NCBI RefSeq assembly: GCF_009914755.1
Contig: NC_060925.1
Reading direction: 5' to 3' (one strand)
DNA length: 64,000 bases
Source of the DNA: the human T2T-CHM13v2.0 reference genome, Homo sapiens
The position numbers and the translations under genes were made by a program. Position 1 is the first letter of the stretch; every line of letters starts with the position of its first letter. The notes under the pieces are model-generated. The model made no database searches. It was not told the DNA's origin and saw only the letters and a program-made list of their open reading frames with translations. This document shows positions 57,200 to 64,000 of this stretch, one piece after another.

Positions 57200-57780
57200 G
57201 TCAATGCACAATGTAATAGATAGGACAAATAAGAGAGAGACACAGATGTAGCCATTGGCTGTGACAATATGGAGGTCTTTGATGACCTTGACAAAAGCTG
57301 ATGGAATGGGGAGGGGAGGGGAGGGGCAGAAGTCAGACTGCAACAGGTTAAGGAAGAAATGGGATGGGGGGTCACTTAGAGACTGTGTGTAGACTGCTCT
57401 TTCAAGGACCTTAAATACCTGCTTTTAAAAAAAGCCATTAGGATTGAGGCTGGAAGAAGTTGTGGATGAAAGAAAGACATTTATGAAATGGGAAAGACTG
57501 GAGTGCATCTTTAGGTTAAGGAAAGAACCAGTCAGATAAGTTGGATAGAGATACTGGAGATGGGAGGTGGGAAGGGGAAGCATGGTTCCTCAGGAGGCAG
57601 AAGGAGATGGAGCTAACAAGCAGAGTTAGCCTTAGTCGTGGAAAGGACATCTCTTTAACTATGGGAGAAGGGACAAATCGTGAATGGACATGTGCCGATG
57701 GTGATAAAGATGATGTATATGGTTCGGGAAGGAGAGGGTGCTCATATGATGGTCTTGACTTTCTCAGAAAAAAGTGGTAG
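57200..57780 (+). mobile_element. L2 remnant
   Basis: atggaggtctttgatgaccttgacaaaagc…gaagtcagactg…gtagactgctctttcaagga. Confidence 0.6.
57308..57326 (+). repeat. (GGGGA)3GGGG G-quadruplex motif
   Basis: Four runs of four G with 1-nt loops. Confidence 0.85.
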
Positions 57781-58836
57781 ATGCAAGCTCTGCTGTGAGT
57801 TAAGTCTGCCCTGAAACAAATGTCACCACAGGCATCCTCAGTATTAGGTTGGATGTAAGCTCTTAGTCTGATCTGGCATGTTCCTGTACATCTCTGATGT
57901 GTAGCACAGTATCAGCATGTAGTAGATGCTTAGAAAATATTTGGTGATGATGCAAATATATGGTTAGGAAAACAATGTGGCATTCCTAGTCTGTTCTTCA
58001 TTATTCCTGTCGTTCCATGAATTCTCCTTCTATTTCTGGCTCCATAATACCAGAGGAACACAAACAAGGAAGTATCTAAAAAAACAGAAACGATGACAGT
58101 GAGAGAGTTTGGAATCACAAAGAATGGACAAAGAAGCTGAGAATCTGTAGCAGGCAAAAGCAAGCTTTTGGAGAGACCCAAAAGCCCTCATCAGCTATTT
58201 TGCAGGCTGCCAGTTGGTGGGTTGGTATTTGCTCTGTGTTTCTTTGAAGAGGAGAGTCAGGACCAAGCAGTGAAAAGCACCAGGAAGCATGTTTTCTTCA
58301 ACCTAAGTTGTCTAAAAGTAGAAAGACTGTTTCACAAGCTGAGATCTCCTGGCCGCTAAGAGCGTGGAGGTATAGGCTGGATGGCTCTTGGTGTGGGTGT
58401 AGCTCAGGGGTCTCTGGGCAAGACGGCCTCTTGGATCCCTTCTAGCTCTAGCGTCCTCTGTGCCAACTATAGGGGGTCATTCTTGGCCTCTGGACCTCGT
58501 GCTGTCATCAGGAGTTTCTACCAGATTTGAGTAGAAATGCACTGAACTTTTTTTATCACCTCATAGTTAGTTGGATACTTTATCTAGATCTGCCATGCTT
58601 TGCTGCTACAATGTTGGTTTAGGTTCACAAACATGACCCTGAACACTTAAAGTTGCCAAAAAATTAGCAAACGAAATAGGGTGGAAAGCCCAGAACATGA
58701 TGATTGACATTTACTAGAGGCTCAGTAGATATTAAAAAGCTAGAAAATATTAAACATTGTCTTTTTAGTGTTAAGCATATAGGTTATCTATATTCAATAT
58801 TTGTAGTAATCATGGGGAAACAACTTGGTCTAGTGA

Positions 58837-59659
58837 TGATGTGGACAGGAGACAGGGAAATACTGGGCAGAAGAGGGTGGTTCCCCAGCAAAGGCCCCAT
58901 CCTCAAGCCTGGATACCCATGACCCTAAATGAGAACAGGCATTCTTGTTTTTGTTCCCAAAAGTTGCCTTCGCAACCATCGCACCCCTATCCTGTACCCA
59001 TATAAACCCCAAACCCCAGGCTCCAGAAGCAGATGAGGAGACAAGGAGATGAGACAAAGAGATGAGCTGATGAGTGGCAGAACAGCATGGCAGAGAAGGG
59101 GAGAAGAGAAGGAATGTCTGAATGCTGAGAGGAGTTCAGCTGGTGATGATCAGAGGGGAGATCGGCCGCTAGATGGCCAGACTCCAGGGGAAGACCATCT
59201 TTCCACTCCATTCCCCTTCCAGCTCCCTATCCATCCCACTGAGAGCCACCTCCACCACTCAGTAAAACCCCTGCATTCATCCTTCAAGTCTGTGTGTGAC
59301 CCAGTTCTTCAGGGATGCTGGACAAGAGCTTGGGATACAGAAAGCTGTCACACTGGCCCCCTGCCCTTGCAAAAAGGAAGAGGGTCCACTGAGCTGGTTA
59401 ACACTTAAGCCATTCACAGATGGCAAGGCTAAAAGAATGCACTGTAACACATGCCCATTTGGGCTTTGGGAGTCGCAGCCTCCCACCCCTTGATGCTTCT
59501 ATGGGGCTGGAGCCCAGGGATGCTTGCTCCAGCTCCTGCACATCTCTGTCTCTGTGCCCCCCCTCCAATAAGGGGTTAGAGCAATGGTGGCAACCAAACA
59601 GAGGATGCACATCCCTGTTGCACATCCTGTGAGGGGTGTCAGGGAACTCTACCATTTCA
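58837..59659 (+). mobile_element. Solo ERV1 LTR (LTR1-family-like), sense to HHAT
   Basis: tgatgtggacaggagacagggaaatactgggcagaagaggg…gtcagggaactctaccatttca; TG…CA ends; TATA-like catataaa ~59000. Family from memory. Confidence 0.8.
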
Positions 59660-60948
59660 TCAAGAATAGTGCCCATTTTGAAATCAGACAAACCCAAGTC
59701 TCAGTTTCTCCTCCACCATTAGCTGTGTAGCTTTCTTACTCTTAGACATTTCAGATCAAAGAGAACGTGCATCACTGTAATTTTCACCAGTGGATGAAAA
59801 GTTCTGCTCTTTGATGCAACATGGGACAAACTGACCAGTTCCTCAGGTAGGGAAGTAAGTAACCTCTCTGAGCTTTATTTTCCTCATCTGGAAATTAAGG
59901 GAGGTGGAAATTTCCCAGAGTAGTTTCATAAATTGAGTAATACCTGTAAAATGTTCAGCGCAGTACCTGGTTCACAGTGAGCAGTCTTCATTTATCTCTT
60001 TTCTTTATTTATCAAAATATTTAACTCAATGGAAATCCTTTGCTGATTATCAGTATTGTCCCTAATACACTATTGTTTATATACTGTCAGTATAGTGATC
60101 ATTTGTTTTACATTATTTCTCCATTCCTTTCCATCCCTTTTGCCTTTTTAGATCATCGTGTACAATCCTATGAGGTGAGCTGGGCATAGATTAGAAAATT
60201 TATGTCCTAGATGGAGATGCTGTGGCCCAGCATAGGTCACAGCTGTTAGGGTTATAGAGATGGAGAGAGAGCCTTGCTTATACCCAGGGACCTGCTTGCT
60301 GAGCCAGCCTTATTCTTGGGGGACAACTAACATCCAGATTTTATAGCTGGGTGCCCTTGGTTCTCAGGTAACTTGTTAAGTGTGAAATTATGAAATATAT
60401 ATTTGATCTTCCTCCCAGTTTCCTGACATACAACTCCTAAAATCCTTGGAATCTCTAAAGTTATGTGTCTTTTTGAATGTTAAGGAGTTGACTGGTGGCT
60501 GGCAGCCCCTTAGTAGCTTCAGGATGAGGCTCATCACTAGAAAGACCAATGCCTGATGAGACAGATGGGACTTTCAGCCCCATCCCTCAACCTCTGGGAA
60601 CGGGAGAGTGGCTGAAGGTTAAGCTGATCACCAATTATTTAATCAATCATTCCTACATAATGAAGTCTCCATAGAAGTCCGAAAGGACAGAGTAATGATG
60701 AACTTCCAGATAGCTAAACATGTGAAGGCTCTTGGAGGGTGGTACACCCGGGGAGGGCATGTAAGTTCTGAGCTCCTTCCACCATATTTTGCTTTATGCA
60801 TCTCTTCATCTCTATCTTTTGTGATAATCTTTATAATAACAATTTAGGGTAGATGTAAGTAAGTTTCCCTGAGTCCTATGAGCTGCTCTAGCAAATTAAT
60901 CAAACCCAAGGAGGGAGGGTCGTGGGAGCCTCAATTTATGGCTGGTTA

Positions 60949-61353
60949 TGTTACCGATGGAGGGTGTCGAGGTTGTTGGCATTTTGAACAAAGAATTGGG
61001 CAAAATGCACAAAGCAAGGAAAGAATGGAGCAACAAAAGCTGAGATTTATTGAAAATGAAAGTATCCTCTATGGGGTGGGAACATACCCAAGCATAGGGG
61101 CTCAAGAGCCCCGTTAGAGAATTTTCTGGGGTTTAAATACCCTCTAGAGGTTGCCATTGGTTACTTGGCTTATGCTCTATGTAAATGAACAGGATCAAGT
61201 AAAGTTACAAAGTCATTTACTCAGTGTAGGCCCTGTGCAAATGGAGAGGCTATTTCCTGTCATAGCTGAAGTGTTTCCATTTGATTTAGTTCTAGGAAGT
61301 CAGCATGAATCAGCTTTATTTTCCTGACCTCCAGACCCTGTTCTCCTGCCCCA
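60949..61353 (-). mobile_element. Solo ERV1 LTR (MER61/MER51-like)
   Basis: Minus strand starts tggggcaggagaacagggtctggagg…gctgacttcctagaactaaatcaaa, ends ggtaaca; TSD gtta/gttg. Confidence 0.8.
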
Positions 61354-61572
61354 GTTGGTCAAAAGCACAGGTAAAACAACTTGGGGCCTGTGATTGGCAT
61401 CAGAAATGGGGCTCAGTTTTGTGGGGACAAGTCCCCAACCTGTGTGATCTGACCCTATCTCCAGGTAGATAGTATCAGAATTAAATTGAGTTAGAGGACA
61501 CCTAGCTCATGTCACTCCAGAATTGCTTGCTTGCTTGGTATGTGGGAGAAACCCCCCACACATGAGGTGTCA

Positions 61573-61935
<363 letters not shown>

Positions 61936-64000
61936 TCATTGAGAAAGGCTCATTTCATTTCTTTATAATGTACCTACATGTCTTTTTGTAGTCTACCTTT
62001 TGGATTTTCCATTGTAATGTACAATTACATTTTTTAAATTTGTCAACTTTTAGGATTTTTTTCCTTGATTCAGGAAGGCAAGGATAATCTTTTTCCTCTG
62101 ACACTGACTTTGCAAGAGGTTGTCAGTGATATTAGCGATACATTGGGATTGATGTCAGGTAGCCAGTAGAGACAAAATTCAAACCATCTCCTGCTTTGTA
62201 TATCCACTTCTTTATCTCAGATGTGGCTTTCTCTATGCACCTGTCCCTGGGAGCCACCCCTCAGAATCAACCCCTTCATCCCCCAGCACATGCAAGTTGC
62301 CTGTAGCTCCAGGCTGCATTTATTTCATTCTGCTTCAATTTGTTTTTTTTTAACTGTACCTTTAGATGTTTAATATACCTCTAGACTGACTGCCCCAGGC
62401 AAGCACAGATGTTTCAATCCCTCTTTATATTATCCCTATGCCTAGCCTATAGTTGGTACTCAGCCTATTTTTTATAGGCACATTCCTTTCACAAACACAA
62501 ATACACACAAAAATGATTGGGGAGCCAAGAGAGGCTTGGTTTGATTCTAGTGGACAGTCACTATACAGTTTATGTGATACCAGGTTATATAGGTGCAACC
62601 CTGAGCCACCATTAGAGTTTATGTGCTTTGTTCCTAGAAACTTGCACCCTGAAAGGGAGACATTTTACCTTAGCACTGTGAGAAGGGAGTAATGATCTCT
62701 AGCCCACATTCTGCTCTGGAATTACACCCCTAGGAAGTATTTGAGCTCATCCAGAGCCATGGGAGGGGGCTCGGTCCTTTGCCAAGTCCCATGCCCTGCC
62801 CAGACCATGATCCTGGGAGATGTCTTACTCCCAAGGGGACTTTGGATGAGGGTCCTCTAGAGAGCTGTGCAGCCCTGTGAGGCTCAGCAGAGACCCTGGT
62901 GCAAGCTTTAAGAGTGGTGTTGGGCATGACAATGTACAGTGTAGCCCCTGGGAACTAGGGACTCCTGGAGGGTGTGAGAGATGCTGGAAAGAACACGGAG
63001 GACTCTGCAGCTGTGCCAGAGGCAGCCATGTGCCCAGGGGCTGGTGCTACTGAGGAAGACAGCGAGCCACAGACCCACCACCCAGGAGTGCGTGTGGAGT
63101 GGAGCAGAAGGATAGGCATCAGGCTAAAAAGACCTTTGCGCTGATGAAAGTTGGGGGTCACCCTTGGCATACATTCTAACATAGAGACTTTTCATTCTCC
63201 AAGCAAGCTCCTCACTGAGGAGCTATAATAGTGTGATTTGAAGTGACTGAGCTGCAGGAGAAGTCACTTAAGGCAGTGCTGTCAAGTCATAAGGTGACGC
63301 AGCAGGAAAGTGGTGCTAACTAGATGGGCTAGGAATATTGGCCCCACAGGTGAACTCTGAAGAGTAGCTTGGTTGCCCTGATCAGTCCAGCCCATTCTTA
63401 CCCCATAAGAGGGGTAAGTGTTAAAGCCCACAGCTTTACCTTAACCCCCGTGCTTTGCAGCATGGACAGTCAGCCTTCTCTCCTGGCCTTCTCATTTAGG
63501 TAAATAGGGAATGCTCTTGAAGGAGGCTCTCCCAATCTCCTGGCCTCGGCCGTCGAATTGAAAAAGGGTCTGCTTCTTAACCTCTGAAAATAAACTGTCT
63601 GATCTGTGCTACCTAAGGCAAAGATGGCGAGCTCTGGATCAGCTACTTCTGCCCTTCACCTTGTCTTTGGGCATGAACCAGATACATAGCATCTCCTCCA
63701 TGCCTTTCCCTTTCTTGTCAGGAAAGCTAATGATGTTGGAGACCCAGACCTGCTGATTTGGTTACTGGCCGTTAGATTCAAGTCAACACATGCAGCCTGG
63801 GTAAATGAGGCTCTACAGGCATGCGGGCGCTTGGAGGGCATCTCTTTGTTCTTTGGCTCCATGAAATGGCTCTGCTTGGCAGCTGCCCCTTGCCTGCAGT
63901 TTCTCCTGTCATGGTCTTGGAAGGCAGGACCATGGTGTGGGTGGGAAGAGCTTGGAACAGCACATCTTTCATTTGGACCCAGCTGCTTCTCTGTATCCCC

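Overview
Primate (almost certainly human) genomic DNA that is nearly all intron. The only coding sequence I can support is a 36-nt + strand exon at 5758-5793 (ag|G TAT TTT GAT GTT GGA CTG CAT AAT TTC TTA ATC AG|gtaagc). It reads (R)YFDVGLHNFLI(R), which I recognise from memory as the MBOAT active-site segment of Hedgehog acyltransferase HHAT (…GMWRYFDVGLHNFLIRYVYIP…; F338/D339/L346; 1q32). The rest is the end of the upstream intron and >58 kb of the downstream intron; I did not find the neighbouring exons. The intron holds ~25 Alu/FLAM/FAM elements, L1 3' fragments, L2/MIR relics, DNA transposons (MADE1, Tigger3a/4a/4b, MER5A, MER20) and solo LTRs (THE1, LTR1-like, MER21, MER61/51-like, MER67-like, MLT1). 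Repeat family calls are by recalled consensus and boundaries are approximate. The supplied ORFs are Alu/LTR/L1-derived or chance. I do not see a new multi-gene system. The most notable unexplained structures are: a ~236-bp ~90%-identical local duplication whose second copy is bracketed by hairpin/inverted repeats; an older ~150-bp duplication carrying POU/homeodomain motifs; frame-preserving cryptic exon candidates (84 nt and 15 nt); and splice-site/Alu geometry that could delete the catalytic exon in frame.
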